Shown: positions 37,945 to 52,424 of the stretch, piece after piece | Position numbering within the stretch: the stretch's first letter is position 1 | How the letters are laid out: every line of letters begins with the position of its first letter | DNA from: Lama glama | Lineage: Eukaryota | Assembly: GCA_028534125.1 (NCBI GenBank) | Contig: CM052829.1 | Coordinates: forward strand, 4,650,001-4,714,000 | Reading direction: 5' to 3' | DNA length: 64,000 nt | Translations under genes and position numbers: made by a program | The notes under the pieces: model-generated | Databases searched by the model: none | What the model saw: the letters and a program-made list of their open reading frames with translations, nothing else | Told to the model about the DNA's origin: nothing

Positions 37945-38329
37945 TGTTAAAAAAGGAACAACAGGTATAAAATGGAGTCACTTGTGTTAATCCTTATATT
38001 CAGCAAACCAAGATTTAACACCTAACCTAACTGCAGTTTCAGCCTCTCCCAGGAATGTGACCTTTTACCAATCAATCTAGAGTTACCTGGTTAGCACTAG
38101 GGAGCTACTCTGCCTGACAGACCCCTTCTATTTCCTACAGGAAAGTGACCTTGCCTGAAACAATTCACTCTGTTCCTTTTCCTGCCCCTTTCTGCCCATA
38201 AAAAGCTTTCATTTTGTACACGTTTTTGGAGCATCTTTCTAGCTAGATGGAACACTATCTGATTTATGAATTGTTGACTAAAGTCAATAGATCCATAACA
38301 TTTACTCAGTTGAATTTTGCTTTCTAATT
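37945..38329 (+). mobile_element. 3' LTR preceded by polypurine tract
   Basis: PPT aaaaggggggat immediately before TG; homologous to the 5' LTR. Confidence 0.9.
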
Positions 38330-41300
38330 AGCTTAAAATGTAATTAAAAAAAAAAAACACCTAAGAAGCTCATTGTGGGTCCATGCACCCCCTTGGGTAT
38401 TACCATGTGAACAAATGCAGGGTCCACAAGAACATTCACAAACTTTAACAGATTTTTACTGAAGGCATATCTTCATGCCAGGCACATGCCGATTCCCTTT
38501 TCCCCTGGAACTTAGGTCCTCGCAGTGACTGTGTGTGGCAGTGTCAGTGTCAGCTACAGCCAGCTGTGGAGCTGAAATGAGACTTGGGTGTTAGAGATAT
38601 TTGTTTAATAAGAGGGCCTTGGCTTCCAAACTTGGAGTGTAACCAATGGCACTAACCACTAATACACTGTAAAAATGACAGCACCTGGACCACACCTCAG
38701 TACAGAGAAAGTCAAGCTCAGGTTAGGACCACAACTGGTTTTCCTGCGTTAATTCATCTATTCAGACAAATATTGGCCTGTTGTGAAAAAATAACCAAAA
38801 CCAAAACCAAAAAACCCCACTCAATCAAGTATGCACTGTATTGGTAAGAAAAAGACAATTGTTTTCAGAGTAAACTATCCTATCGGCAAAACAATGCTCA
38901 TTTCAACTGTAATTTGCAATTCATGATTGAAGCCCATTTAAATGTTAGTTTAGGTCGGTCTGAACTCATTTGAACACAAAGAAGCAATTCCCTGTAATAT
39001 CTGGAGACATCATCTTCTTCCAAAGTAAAATGAAAAAAAAGATTTTTTCCCCTCGCTTGCCAGCTGAAAACATTTCTTGCAATAAATGATACAACTTGGT
39101 AATCTGTTAAGTATTCTAAAGGTGCTGTGGTTTATCATATTTAATTTTTCTATAGTTACTTTTTAAACTGAATCCATTGAGGCCAAAACATATTGGATGA
39201 ACAATTCTAATTTTCTGTATTTGTAAATGTTTGCTAAACGATAGGAAAATTTGATATTATCACATCTCCCTTCTGTGTCTGATGCTAAAAGTACTGTTTG
39301 GTTTTTTATTGGGAAAGACATTTCATGTGACTGAAGAAAGATAACTGAGCCCTATAAATCAAGAAGAAAATACTAAAATGATTACAATCTACCAGTTACG
39401 AAGTGGTACTTCGTAAATGCACCTGATTATACTGAGGAATGCACAGAGGAAAAAAAAAACAAATAAACTCGATGTTGCCCTTATAAGTAATTTGCATTGG
39501 TTATATACACAACACACAGTGGCATTAATTAATAGAATAATTGTCTGATATATCTGTTAGTGATTAGCTTTTAGTGTAATTCATCAGATGATTATCATTT
39601 ACCTAGAAATACTGTAAGGAAAAGGAAGATGAACTGTTGACTCAGTAGGTCCCACAGAGCAGGAGAAAAGATCTTTGGCTGTGAATGAACCTACTTTAAT
39701 TTTCTGACTTTTGATCCCATTTCTTTTGTTGCATGGATGAAAAGAGTCACAAACAACAACTCAAAGATAAGTCAAAATCATTTTTTAGAGATTTGGCTAA
39801 CACAATTCATTGGAATAAAGCTCTCTTAAACTTGAATAAACCAGTTAAGCAATGGTATTGTTACTCCTGAGTCAGAATCCACTCTCCCATCTCCTCTTCA
39901 CTCCCTTTTCTGCCAGGTTTATTCATAAATGGATATGAACATCAGAAATTCCCAATGGGGACTGAGCTTCTCCTTTGAATCAAGAATTGTTTGCTCCTCT
40001 GTCCCCACTGCTCCCATCTTTAGGTTTATGGGTGGTCTCTAACTTTTCACCCACACGTTTACCCTGCTTTCTGGTTCCTGACTGGTTGCTGGAATACAAC
40101 GCCTTACCTTACTCTACTTCAAAAATGTAACTATTCACCTTAATTCGGATCCATCAGCCATCCAAACGAAACTTTATGATGGTTCCTAGCTCTCTCCCCA
40201 GATGTGGCCCATTCTGGGGGTGAAGTGCTGGGACTCACAGCTGATTCTAATCAGCACTTCTGGCTTTCTGGCTGCTGGCTTGTCCCTCTTTGAGCTCTAC
40301 CTGACAGCCCAGCAGGTCCTCCTCCCATGCCATGTCAGACTGAGAGCCACATGAGGAGGTTGCCTGTAGCTTTGGATACATCATCCCCACATGGTACTGG
40401 TCAAATGATCATCAATGAACTGTGCATCACTCACACGCACACACACACACATACACACATTGTGTTGTTGTTAAAAGTTGCAATGATGATAGAGTTAAGG
40501 ACATTTTTGTTGTTTGTTTTGTATTCTAACCTATAATCCCTTCCAGTTTTCTTCATGTGAAAATCTACAAAGGCTTGAGAAGATAAAGTGAGCTTGTATC
40601 AAAAAATCTGTCCAGTTAGACAGATATTTTGTTCATTTCCCTCCAAGGAGAACATATAAATTTAAATGAAACTTCTGCAATGTACTGGGTCAACACTAGC
40701 TCTGTCACCCTTTTTTAATCAAGAGAGAGCTCTTGATTGACTTAATGAAATTTACATGGTATGTAAAATCTTTTCCATGACTAGAAAAATACTTTAAAAT
40801 ATTAAATATCAATTTTCTATGTATTTTCCATTAAGGATTGACAAAAGATTGGCAGCTTGATACATCAAAGACATTCTTAAGTTGCCTTTCATGAAGAATT
40901 AGAAGACATTCAAGAGTAATCCAACTTGTTCCTTTATAAAATTTCAAATAGATGTTATGAGAGATCTTTTTGGAACATAAATACATGGAAAGGGAACAAA
41001 GAGAGAAAATCTAGCTTGCAGTCTATGAAGAAAACTTCTGTGAGCACTAGTTTATCTAAGGGAAGTAACTTGCTCAAGTCCACTCAACTGGTGGGGGCAG
41101 AGCTGAGGTTTGGGAGCAGGACTGTCAGGTGGCTCCCCAAGGCCTTTCCTCTGCACGATGCACCTCCCGGGTGGCACCACCCGCCAGGAGAGCAGGGAAG
41201 GAGTAACCCACACGGAGCTCTAGGCTGTACGGCCTTTACGTCTAAAGAGGCCCGACCTTGTAAGCACCTAAAATCAGAACGGGAGCAAAAAGGAGAAAAA

Positions 41301-42359
41301 GAGGGGTTTAGGATTATTCATTTGAATTCGGCTGAGGATACAGACCAGAGAGGGCCAGTCAGGAAAAATACGACACTTGCAGAAAGGGCAGCCCCTGGTG
41401 ACTGGTCTGAATGGGGCCAGAGGAGGGTGGGGACTCACAGGTCATTCTAATCAGCACTTCCCAGGATGGAGAAGCAACAGGTTTTGACAGAATGGTGACC
41501 TGATGGGTTTGACTTTGCCTCATTGGTCACCCCTAATCTCATTCTGTCATTCCTTATAGACCCCAAATTCCCCAAATTCAATACCAAAAGTAGCATTACA
41601 TATTTAATTTATGGATTTTATGAAAGACTTCATGAGGAGGGTAGAAGTGTTTGTACCGTGAAGAGCCAAGCTTTTCCTAAACCTCTAAAAAATATTTCTG
41701 TTCTTTTAAAAAATGTCCTCTCCTCATCACAGCTTCCTTTTCCCTTGAGTATCTTCCTTAACACATCTCCATCTTCACCCCAAATCTTCCCCGAATGAAT
41801 CTTCCTGTAGACAGCTCCAATCCTCCTCATCAGTGTCCCACTGCCAAAAGCTTAGCAAAAGCCCTCAATTTAGCCAGATTGTAAGCACCACTGTCTCACA
41901 AATGTGTGTGTGTGTGTGGCCGTGGCCATGGCTGTGGCTGTGAGTGTAAAAACAGGAGTGAGCAATGACCGTCATGACTGTGTGCACTTCATCTTGTAGT
42001 GGAAAGAAGGGTAAAGAATTGACGGGAGAGACATTTCATTTTAGCAGGTGGAAGAAGCAAGGTGTCCAACTAGGGATTCTTGGCTGTAATTCTCACAGAA
42101 CTAATTCTTACAGTCATGATTCTGGGAGAGGTTAGTGATCAAGCACTGAAGTGTAGATCTTGGAGTCCTCTTACAAAGGTAGTCCTTGAAACCAAGAGAG
42201 CAGGCAACTGCCTTAAGAAGATTATAACAACAGAGGAAGACTTACTCCAGCAGGCGGTTTAAGTGCCTGTTGAATGCCACAGAATGCACAGGCGGAGGCT
42301 CCAGTCAGACGTTTAGGAGAACGTCTTGACGGAATTTCCTCTAGGTGAAGGCTAGGGAA

Positions 42360-42520
42360 ATAACAGTATCTTACATCTCAACCATTATTTTATTTGATCG
42401 TCACAACTACCCAGAGAGAAGATGCTATTAGCCTCATTTCATAGATGAGGAAAACACTGGAAAACAATAGTACCTTGTTTAAAGTCATTTATCTAGGTGG
42501 TGGGATTTGGATCGGAAATT
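42360..42520 (-). mobile_element. MIR remnant
   Basis: cctcatttcatagatgaggaaaac core. Confidence 0.6.
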
Positions 42521-44569
42521 TTAAAAGCTTTCTTTCAACTCATTTAATAAACATATGTTTACCCCATGCTATGTGCTGACGACTAGGCCAGTTGTTGGTG
42601 ATACAGACAAAAACACCATCTTTGCGTTCATGAAACTCACTTCCATCAGCAGAGATAGCAAAGAATCCTATCGGTGGTCACACATCAAAGGGGATGTTGA
42701 GGTACAAGATGAGTTAATTGAAGTATGAAAGAAAAGCAAGGAAACCGGATAGAAATACAGAAGAAACAACATTTTGGGGGAGCTTTTTATATGAGAGGAG
42801 TTTTCTAGGATGTTTACATATTCTGTAATACTGAGAAAAACTAAGATTAAAGTCAGTAGGACTCAAAGAAAAGTAATTCAAAGTACGAGAACTGAGGCTG
42901 AAAAGCCTTGATGATGGGTGTTGAAAGTGCTTCTTCTTTGTTCCGAGACCACCAGCAGCCAACTGCTAACATGCCCGGTGGTGCGCTGGGATGAAGAGGC
43001 TTCTTTAGACCAGAAGGACAGCAGAAAAAAAGCCTATGTCCAATCAGTTCTCCCTTCATTATGCCAGCACTTTACAAAGATTTCCTCTCACCCAAACTAG
43101 AACCAAATTCTGCTCTGCCCTGGTGTTTAAATTCTTCCCTCCAAATGGTGATATTGTTGGAAGTGACAGATTCAATCAAACTAGCACCAATATTTGTCTC
43201 TATGTAAGAGGTGAGTTTTGTGCTCTGAAATTGATGGAATATAACTGTCTTCTCTTTTATATAAAACTCACCTGTTGAAACATTTTCCTAAATGAATACA
43301 TATTTTTGTATGCAGTATAATGGAATAAAAGAGGACACGATGGAGAGTCTGTCTCATCTAAAATACAATACGTTCTTAAATAGTAGGAATATAAACAATT
43401 GGTCATAAATTCAATTGTAGGATAAAATTAATTCTGGTGTTAGCCTGCACAGTTTTCAGTTAACTGAAAAGGAAATACAATTGCAATCTTACATGAGAGG
43501 TGTGGTAAGCCCACCTTCCCCAGCGGTTCCTTGACACATATTCTTTCTTTAAGTGATCAGTGAGAGGCCTGAAGGATTTTAGCAGCATATAAAATGCATG
43601 TATATTGTGGCAGGAATAAATAACACTCAAAAATATAAATAAAGCATCTGCTCAGTGATGTCACATGGGACAATGGTAGCTGGCAACTGCAGTCTTTTTC
43701 TAATGACTTGGCTTAGAATACCGAGGAAACGTGCAGGACTAACCTATTACATTAAATAGCATGAGTGACTTTGTGGCAGAATTTTTACAAAGAAAGAGTT
43801 TTCAAGGGAAAATAGGTTATAAAGTGATTAATTTGTTACCTTACACTAATGTAATTTATGGCGTTTCAATGTCTTTTCATAGGAACTATCTTATGAGAAC
43901 AGAAATGTGGCTTTAGAGACAGTAACTGGGATGACAAAGAGACCAATCCAACTTTGTCTTAAAAGAACATTATTATTTTTTGAAAAATGTTACTGTTAGC
44001 CTTATATTCATTCTTAACAAAATTTGAACGTTTTTGTTTAGCTCCAGCAAAAGAAAAAAGGAACAAAGGCTAGATTTTCTCCCTATTTAAAAACATCTAG
44101 TCAAATTAGCTTTATTGGTAGGAAATGTTTATACAGAGAATATCCACTAACACAGAAATCCATTTATGTAAGATCGTATCTATCAAAAAATAAAACCATT
44201 GTAAACCGGGATGCATGGAATTCCAATTTCATTTTATTGAAACAACCACGTGACCAAAAATTTTAGTGTCAGACTAAAGACATGAAAGTTAACCCCTCCC
44301 CCACCAAAAACCCCACCAACCAACAAAACAAACACGCATCATCTATTTAAGGCTGATGAAATTCATCATGCTGACTAATGAAAGGAAATGTCTACACATT
44401 ATTGAAACCCCAAGCCCTTTTATCTATAGTCCACCAACCATTCGATACTCCCCTCAAAGAGAGACGGCAAATACTCAGCACAGTTTGCGTACCCTCTCCC
44501 TCCTGTCATCACCCCCACAGTTTAAATTGATCATGACCTTTATTCACCTGAGGGTGGGCAAAGACTCAG

Positions 44570-44607
44570 AGTAACAGTGTAACAGTGTAACAGAGTAACA
44601 GTGTAAC
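44570..44607. repeat. 8-bp tandem repeat (gtaacagt/gtaacaga), about 4.5 copies
   Basis: agtaacagtgtaacagtgtaacagagtaacagtgtaac. Confidence 0.85.
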
Positions 44608-45989
44608 ACAGCTGTGCTACCCGTCAATCCAAGGTAGAAAGTGAGCGGAATTTCGTTTGTGTCTATGGAGGACTAAATCTTCTTCAGCCAGTCAGTAGAC
44701 AAATATTTACGGAGTGCTCAACAAATACCTATGCTTAGGAGTACGTAGAAAAGATTCAACACAGTTACTTCTGTCACAAAGACTAATTACCAAAGGGGAA
44801 GGAAGCTAGAAAAGCATAAATGTACATAAATAAATCACAATGACAGATAACTAAGAGTACACGGAAGAGGGTGAGCTCCGGATGGTGCCAGAACAAAAGG
44901 AGGAGGGCAGCGACGTTTAGGAAACCCAGCTGGAGGTAAAACTACAATTTGGTTTGAAGGAAAATGGATGTGCTTTGGCAGATGGGAGGGTAGCAATGGT
45001 TCCACTCTGACATTACTAAGCCCTGACATTCGTAAGGTATTCTGTGTGGTATAGTCCATCACAGTTCCAAAGTTATCTGTTAGCCATTTTTGCCCCGATA
45101 CAGGCAGAATTACAAACAGATATTTGTAACTAAATACGTGCTTGGAGATCAATTTTATAACAAGTAACCTTTGAGAAAGCAGAAAGTTTGCTAGTTTTCC
45201 CAAAGCCTCTCCTTTATAAGCAATATTTGACATTAATAAAATACCAAACCAAACTATAAATTGGCTTGCCAACGGGCAGAATTTAAAAAGAAAACTGTAT
45301 ACTTTAAGGATTCCCTTGGAGGACAGTAAGGAAATTCTGAAAAATTAAAAACAAATCTCTGTAATAGAGATATTAAATCCTTATGAAACTGAGCACACTC
45401 TTCCAGAAGAAATACGTAAGAGGAAGCGAACAACACTTCTGATAGCTCCTCTCAGGCTTGGGTAAGCGGTTGAATTTTAGGCACGCCGCTTCCTTGCTGG
45501 TTGAAGGATGCTGACGCAGAGGACAAACGGCCTGGGATGGCAACAAGGAAACCCCTTCTCGAAGCAGGAGCATCCTGAGGAACTGGACAGTAGATATTTC
45601 ATACTATAGACGTAAAAGAGAACCATACTCTTGAGGCATACATTTTCTAATCACAAAAATCACCCTCTTCTCACATGCTGTTTTATGGCTGTAATGTTAT
45701 CTTTGTGGAGGGCAGCAACGTACGACGGGGAAACTGGAAAACTGTTTTAACTGAGCCTCTGTCTCCAGTCGGTGAACCCCTCCCAACCTCAGGCAAATTC
45801 TGCCAGTTGTGTGCCTCCAGCCGTGCCTTCCCACCTCCTCGGGGGGTCATCCAATAGATTATTTCCTTTCTCTTCTGTATCTTCAGTTTTGTGGAGCTTT
45901 TAACTTTTTCATTTTAACATGGTCATGTCATTTCCATTTCAAAAGAAGCATCAAAGGTCTTCTTATACCTAATACTTGACCATGATTTG

Positions 45990-46810
45990 GCCCCACTTTA
46001 TCCCCTTTACAAGCCAGTTTCTTGAAAGACTTACTTACACTTGTTTTCTTGCTCAACAAATTTATGTTTTTTTAACCAATGTAATCCGGCTTCTGTTCTC
46101 CGTCTCTGTGAAAACTGAGTTCCCCAAGAGCAAGAACTATTGCTTAGTTCAGTGGAAATTTTTCAGTCTGTATCTTAGTTTGCCTCTAAGGGAAATATTT
46201 GACTATCCCCTCTTAAACACATTCTTCTTTTGGTTTCCATAGAGCAAACTTTCCTGGTTTCTCTCCCACATCTTTGGCTGCATCTTCTTGGCCTCCTTTG
46301 AACTCTCTGTCCCTTAAACAACTGTGTCACTCAGGACTTGACCTGACACAGCACTTCCCCCTCACTCACTACTTTCTACGCACCATCTCCTCCATTAACG
46401 ACCCCAGTCATCCTCTACAACCCAAGACTTTAAAATCTATTATTTCCTACTGATCATTAAAAAAAATTGAGTTCCAGAACCAAATATCTAACTATTTCGG
46501 GAACGTTTCCATTTGGAAGTCACCCAGATGACGAAATCTTCATAAATGAAAGTGCAACTTACTACTTCTTTCTCCTACAAACTTGCTTCTCATCCTGTGT
46601 TTCCCATTTCAGAATTTTGCTTTCATCCTTAGCTCATTCCTCTGTCTCACACACAATTCTCTATTATTAAGACACATCCTTTCTATTTCTTAACTGTTTT
46701 TCAAAGATTTCCATGTTTCTCCATCTCCTTTGTCACTCATGCGTTCAGCCCCTGCTGTTTCGTACTTGGAGTGCTGTGTCCAGCCTCCTCACTGACCTGA
46801 CTATCCTTGT
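45990..46810 (+). mobile_element. L2 LINE fragment
   Basis: Pyrimidine-rich L2 ORF-like phrases (gactatcccctcttaaacacattcttcttttggtttccatag). Confidence 0.6.
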
Positions 46811-49800
46811 CCCTTGTCATCTTTACATTAAAAAACTTCCATTTTTCTTGAACTCATTGTGTATTTATTTTCTCACATGATGAAATAGAGGGTAGTTATT
46901 TCATTGGCCTAGCACACAAAATGACTTAACCTACTCAAAATAACTTAGAAAATAACTTATCTGAAGTTCAATGCTGTTCTCATTTCTCTTTCTTTAAATT
47001 AATGTCTAAGTGAACTGTAAAATGCCTCTTCTAGCCCTTCCTCTCCTGGATTCCCCCTCCATTTCTCTGGTTTGATTGGCAGGTATACTCTGTTCATCAG
47101 TCAGTCCACCCATCTTTTCATCCACTCATCCATCCTTCTGTTCACTCATGCATCTCCAGCTTTGTCCCTAAATTATTTCGGTCTCCTAAGAAGCATGTAT
47201 AAACACAACAAGTAGGTGAGGACTCCAAGGACAGTAACAGGCTATTCCTATGTGACTCAGTCAAGATCAAAATTGGAGAGGACATATAAAGATACTGTTG
47301 TGAAAAAAGTACCAAAGAATACTTTCATGGCGGACCAAAAGCCCTGCTGATAGTGCCATCCATGTGACATCACTGTACATCATAAAAGTTTAGCAGGAAA
47401 ATGCTTCTGAAGTCCCAGCTTCATTTCTGAGGCCATCTCTTCCCATGAGACGTCCTTTGCTGCCCTGGCTGGACTGTACGAGCAGGGACACCTCAGCGGT
47501 AGCCCCACAGGGATGTGGCCCTGTTGCTGGGGGCAGGGTTTCAGCTGGGAGAACAGATCAGGAGAGGCTCAGGGCTGGTGAAGAGGTGGAGACCCCTGAC
47601 GGCAAGGTGGAGGGGCCAGGTGTGCAGGGCTCGGGATCTCCTGATGGGAATAAAGCTCCTGAGGGGAAAACTTCATCATCTCGGTCTGTTTCCAAGTCCT
47701 ACTGGACTGTTTCCCTTATTTTCCTTACTGCTTTAGGAAGCACAGTGCTTTCAAAATTTTAAGCGTGTGTTTCCAGTAACAATGCAAAGAGCACAGAGCC
47801 TCTTTCTTCCTGCCCTTCTCATTCCTCCCTGCTCATTCCATCAGCTTTCCCACCTTGTTCCGTCTGGTCTTTGTTCCTTTCTTTCTTCCACTTCCTTTGT
47901 CCCTCCTTCCTCCTTTGCTCCTCTCTTCCTTCCCCTCTTGCTGCCGAGGTGGACAAGGGGTGGGCTCTCCTCTGCACCCACAGTCTGGAGTCAAGGGCCA
48001 CCACATCAGGAGAACACTCAGCTGGGGCCTTGGGGCACCTTGTGAGAACAGTGGGGGAGACCAGGGCTGCAGCCCCAGGGGGCATCACCCCTGGGGCAGG
48101 GCGTGTGCTTCTATTATAAAAACATGATTCTCGTCTTCTTTCAAGAACTGTACTGGCCTTTGCTTAGTCACTAACACTGGGCCATGCCTTTTCCGTGGGT
48201 CTCTGACATTTGTAGAATGCCGCCTCAGTTCGTGGAGTTTGGCTGTGAGAGCAGAGCTGGCATGAATGACTTTGGGCAAGTGAGTGCCCTGCTTTGAGAA
48301 GACTACACAGTAGAAAGTTTATTTCGTTTGCTCTAAATCATGCTCTGTCCATTTCGATGCACACTGCAGAGGAAAATGTCCGCATGTGCAGCATTATGTA
48401 ACACCAACTTAACGTCCACTCCAACTGGGTGAAGCGAGGACTTGCTCTCGTGCAGAGATGGGGTGCTCAGCGCTCTCGGCCTGGGCTGTGGCCAGTCTTG
48501 CAGCCAGCGGCCCAGGGAGGCAATTGCCTGTATAAGGTCCTAGCTCAGACAGGGCAAGTGGGTTTCATCTCGTGGCCAACTCTGATAATTGTCAAATGAT
48601 TCTGAAACGATCCCAGCTCATGGCAAGGGGTTATGACTGACGAATGGTGTCTGCCAAGGGTTCAGAGGGGAAGCGACAACGTGCTGGAGGAAAACCAGGG
48701 GGTCATCTCACCCTGCTCCTTGGTACAGGGGCCTCTGAGCGTGAACTGCGGCAAGGACAGGGAGCTCGTGCCACCTGTGGAACTACAGAGGCAAATGCCT
48801 CCCAAGTTCTTTTAAGGGTTTGAGTAAGTATGACTATGTCAATTTTTTCTCCCCTCTTTGCCCTTTTCTGTCACCACCCCAATCCTTAGACTGATCTGTG
48901 GGGCACGGAAGAAGCAGGTAGGGTAGTTTCAAGCAGGGAAGAGGATGCAGAAGTTAAAAAAAAATTATGAAGGAGAGCACTTGAGTCATGCAGTGAATGC
49001 TGGTCCTGTGGAATGGACGAAGTGAGTCTAGGATTATGGGTCTTCTCCAGCCAAACTTTCTGAAGTCACGTTTTACTGCATTGAACTGATTGAGTGGAAC
49101 TGAACTCACAGTTGTCATGACCTGCAGAGTAGCTAATAAATCTGTATCAAGTTGTGTCATCAGGGCAGGGGACGCAAAGCACGCAAAAATGTAGTCATCA
49201 CGCAGCAGGACTCTCCTGCATTCTGTACAAGTACAGGGGCTGCACTGCCTTATGGAGGGAGTGGTCAGGAAACCCTGACCAGGATCAGGCAGGATGTCAC
49301 TAACATGATACGGATGATGGTTGTCTTTGTGCTATGGGCACATTCACTGGCATTAACGTTTTGTTTTTTTTTAATCCCCAAAATCTTACTGTACTCGTGG
49401 CAACTTAGTATTCACTTATATACCATCCTGTGTCTTTCCTTGTATATTCAACTGTATTTTAGGGATTTTTAAGTTGAATACCTCTTTGGTACTCCCAATA
49501 GCAACAAGCAGACGTGTAGACAGGTAGCAAGCACTCCATGAATACTTGTGGCTAATAAATTGGATAACTGATAATGATTTCCTAACAAAAAGAACACAAT
49601 TATTTGTGTTGCTGTGGAGAAATTAAAAATTGGTTATTAAATGCTTGATCTTAAAATAGTTTTGTATAGTAAAGACGAATCATGTTTGCAAAGCTCTTTA
49701 AAAGATGTAGCACATAACACAAATATTACATATATGGACATAAATTCTTCTTCGCAAAGAGCTTTCAGAGAAGAGCACAAGCCACTACTGAGGATGGCCA

Positions 49801-51211
49801 CTTGAAAGCAGACAAGGATTTCAGGGGTCCTTTCTGACGCTACAAGAGAGGATGTCAACAACATTAATGTTAAATTTGCCATTTTTACTTTTTATTTTAA
49901 TACCCAGAAGCAAACCATTAAATAGTTTCACTAGGGGGTCAGAAGTGAATTAGGTTCTAAATTATAGGAGCTTAGTGAGAATCTTTGCACTTGAAACTGA
50001 AAATGTTCCTGCAGTGTCACCTGGAGAAAGTCTAGAGCTTTACTGAAATAGAAGCTAAAAGAATTAAGGAATCTATTGAAAGGAATCTTCCTCTATGAAA
50101 GGAAGTCAACACCTTTCTCATCCATATTCTTTTCCTTCTGAAGAAAAATTCTTCTCTGCTCCTGATTTCTTCAGAGACAGTTTCTCAGAAAACTATGTAA
50201 GAATTTCTTCCAACAGCATTTGACAGTAAAGGAATTACTATTTTTAAAAAGTCATGGGGTGTGTGGCCAAGACGGCGGAGTAGGAAGACCTTCCAAGGGC
50301 ACACCAATATCGTAACTACTTACAGGGTAACTATCTGTGAGAATGACCTGAAGATTAGCAGAAAAAAATTTCCACAACTAAAGGAATAAGAAACAACCAC
50401 AATGAGATGACTAGGAAGACTGGAGACGTGGTAGAGTCAGGACCCACATCCCCAAATGGGAGGACTATCACAATCACAGAGGTCCTCCCCAAGGGACAAG
50501 GGATCTAAGCCTCAAGTTGGGCTTCCCAGCCTAGGGGTCCTGCGTGGAGGAAATAAGCCTCTAAAATATATGTCTTTAAAAACCAGAAGAGCTTGTGTTT
50601 GAGAGAGCTGGAAGGTATAGGAAACTCTCTTGAAACGGTGGGTACAAAATCTCACATGCTCCAAGTCCCAGTGCAGAGGCAGCAGTTTGAAAGGAGCTTG
50701 GGTCAGACCCACTTGCTGATCTTGAAGAGACCCCCGGTGAGGCAGGAGGACATGGGACTCTCCCTGGGAGTTCACTCTACCGCGTGAACACCAGCACTGG
50801 CAAGTGCCGCTCTGGATCCTCCCTCTGGCTTATTAGTGCTAGGGGCTTACCTGCCCCCCCCGTGGGCTGGCACTGTCCCATGCCCTCCCTGGCCCATGCA
50901 GCCAGTCACACGGGGACAAGGCCCCACCCTCCACTGGTCCTGAAGCCATCACATGAGGCAGAGCCTCACAGCCAACCAGGTCAGGGGCCAGCCCCACCTA
51001 CCAGTATGCCCACAGCGGTCAGCCCTGGCTCAACATAAGGGAGCATGCAGCCCACACAGGGGGACTTCCTAGGGTACATAGCTCTGCTGACCAGATGGGA
51101 GCATGCTGCTGAGCCCCACAGTACAGCTCCTACATAAGGCCATTTCTCCAAGATTGGGAAATGCAACCAACCTACCTAATACATAGAAATAAACACAGAG
51201 AATCAGGCAAA

Positions 51212-52086
51212 ATGAGGAGACAGAGGAAAATGTTCCAAATGAAAGAACAAGACAAAATCTTGGGAAAAAGAAACAAATGAAGGAGAGATAAGCAATCTAC
51301 CCAATAAAGAGTTCAAGGTAATGATAATAAACATGTTTACTGAACTTAGGAGAAGAATGGATGAATACAGTAAGAATTTCAACAAAGAGTTAGAAAATAT
51401 AAAGAAGAACAAAACAGAACTGAAGAAAACAATAACTAAAGTTTAAAAATATACTACAAAGACTCAAAAGTAGATTAGATGATACAGAGGGATGAATCAG
51501 TGATCTGGAAGACAGGGTAGTGGAAATCACCCAATTAGAACGCTGAAAAGAAAAAAGAACTAAAATAAATGAGAATAGTTTGAAGGCTTTGGAACAACAT
51601 CAAGCATACTAACATTTGTATAATAGGGGTCCCAGCAGGAGAAGAGAGAGAAAGGGGCAGAGAACTTATATGAAGAAATAATGGCTGAAAACTTCCCTAC
51701 CTGGGGAAGGAAAAAAACCATCCAAGTCCAGGAAGTATAGAGAGTACCAAAGAAGATCAACCCAATGAGGTCCACACTGAGATAATTAAAATGGCCAAAA
51801 TTACAGATAGGGTGTTAAAAGCAGCAAGAGATAAGCAACTAGTTATGCTCAAGGGAGCTCCTGTAAGGTTATCAGCTGAATTCTCAGCAGAAACTTCACA
51901 GGCCTTCTGGGAGTGCTACAAGATATTCAACATGTTGAAAGGGGGAAAAACCCTACAACCAAGAATACTACCAAGATTATCATTCAGAATTGGAGGAGAG
52001 AGAAAGAATTTCACAGAAAAGCAGAAGTTAAAAGTGTTCAGCACAACTAAACGGCTTTACAAGAAATATTAAAGGAACTTCTCTAA
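51212..52086 (+). pseudogene. L1 ORF1 remnant
   Basis: Starts MRRQRKMFQMKEQDK; disrupted by stops and frameshifts. Confidence 0.8.
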
Positions 52087-52373
52087 GTGAAAAAGGGCAG
52101 GCTACAACTAGAAACATAAAAATTATAAAAGGAAGAATCTCACTGGTAATGGCAAACATATAGCAAAGGTCGATCAGTCACTTATAAAAACAACAGAAAG
52201 ATTAAAAGACAAAAGTAGTAAAATCATCTGTATCCACAAAAAGTAGTTGGAATACACAAAACAAAAAGATGTAAAATATGTTGAAAACATTAAACACGGG
52301 AAGGGAAGTAAACATGTAGAATGGTTAGAATGTATTCAAACTTAAGAGATCATCAACTTAAAATAATCATATA

Positions 52374-52377
<4 letters not shown>

Positions 52378-52421
<44 letters not shown>
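52378..52421. repeat. (TA)n microsatellite in the L1 inter-ORF region
   Basis: Perfect run. Confidence 0.95.

Positions 52422-52424
<3 letters not shown>

Larger units (their letters stand above)
33841..38329 (+). mobile_element. Defective class I (gamma-like, ERV1) endogenous provirus, internally deleted
   Basis: Paired LTRs, AGCT TSD (33837-33840 and 38330-38333), PBS, PPT, and gag, protease, RNase H and env-TM remnants. Confidence 0.92.

Noticed and set aside
40717-40738. 9-bp-stem inverted repeat AATCAAGAG/CTCTTGATT
   Set aside because: Too short to exceed chance in 64 kb.
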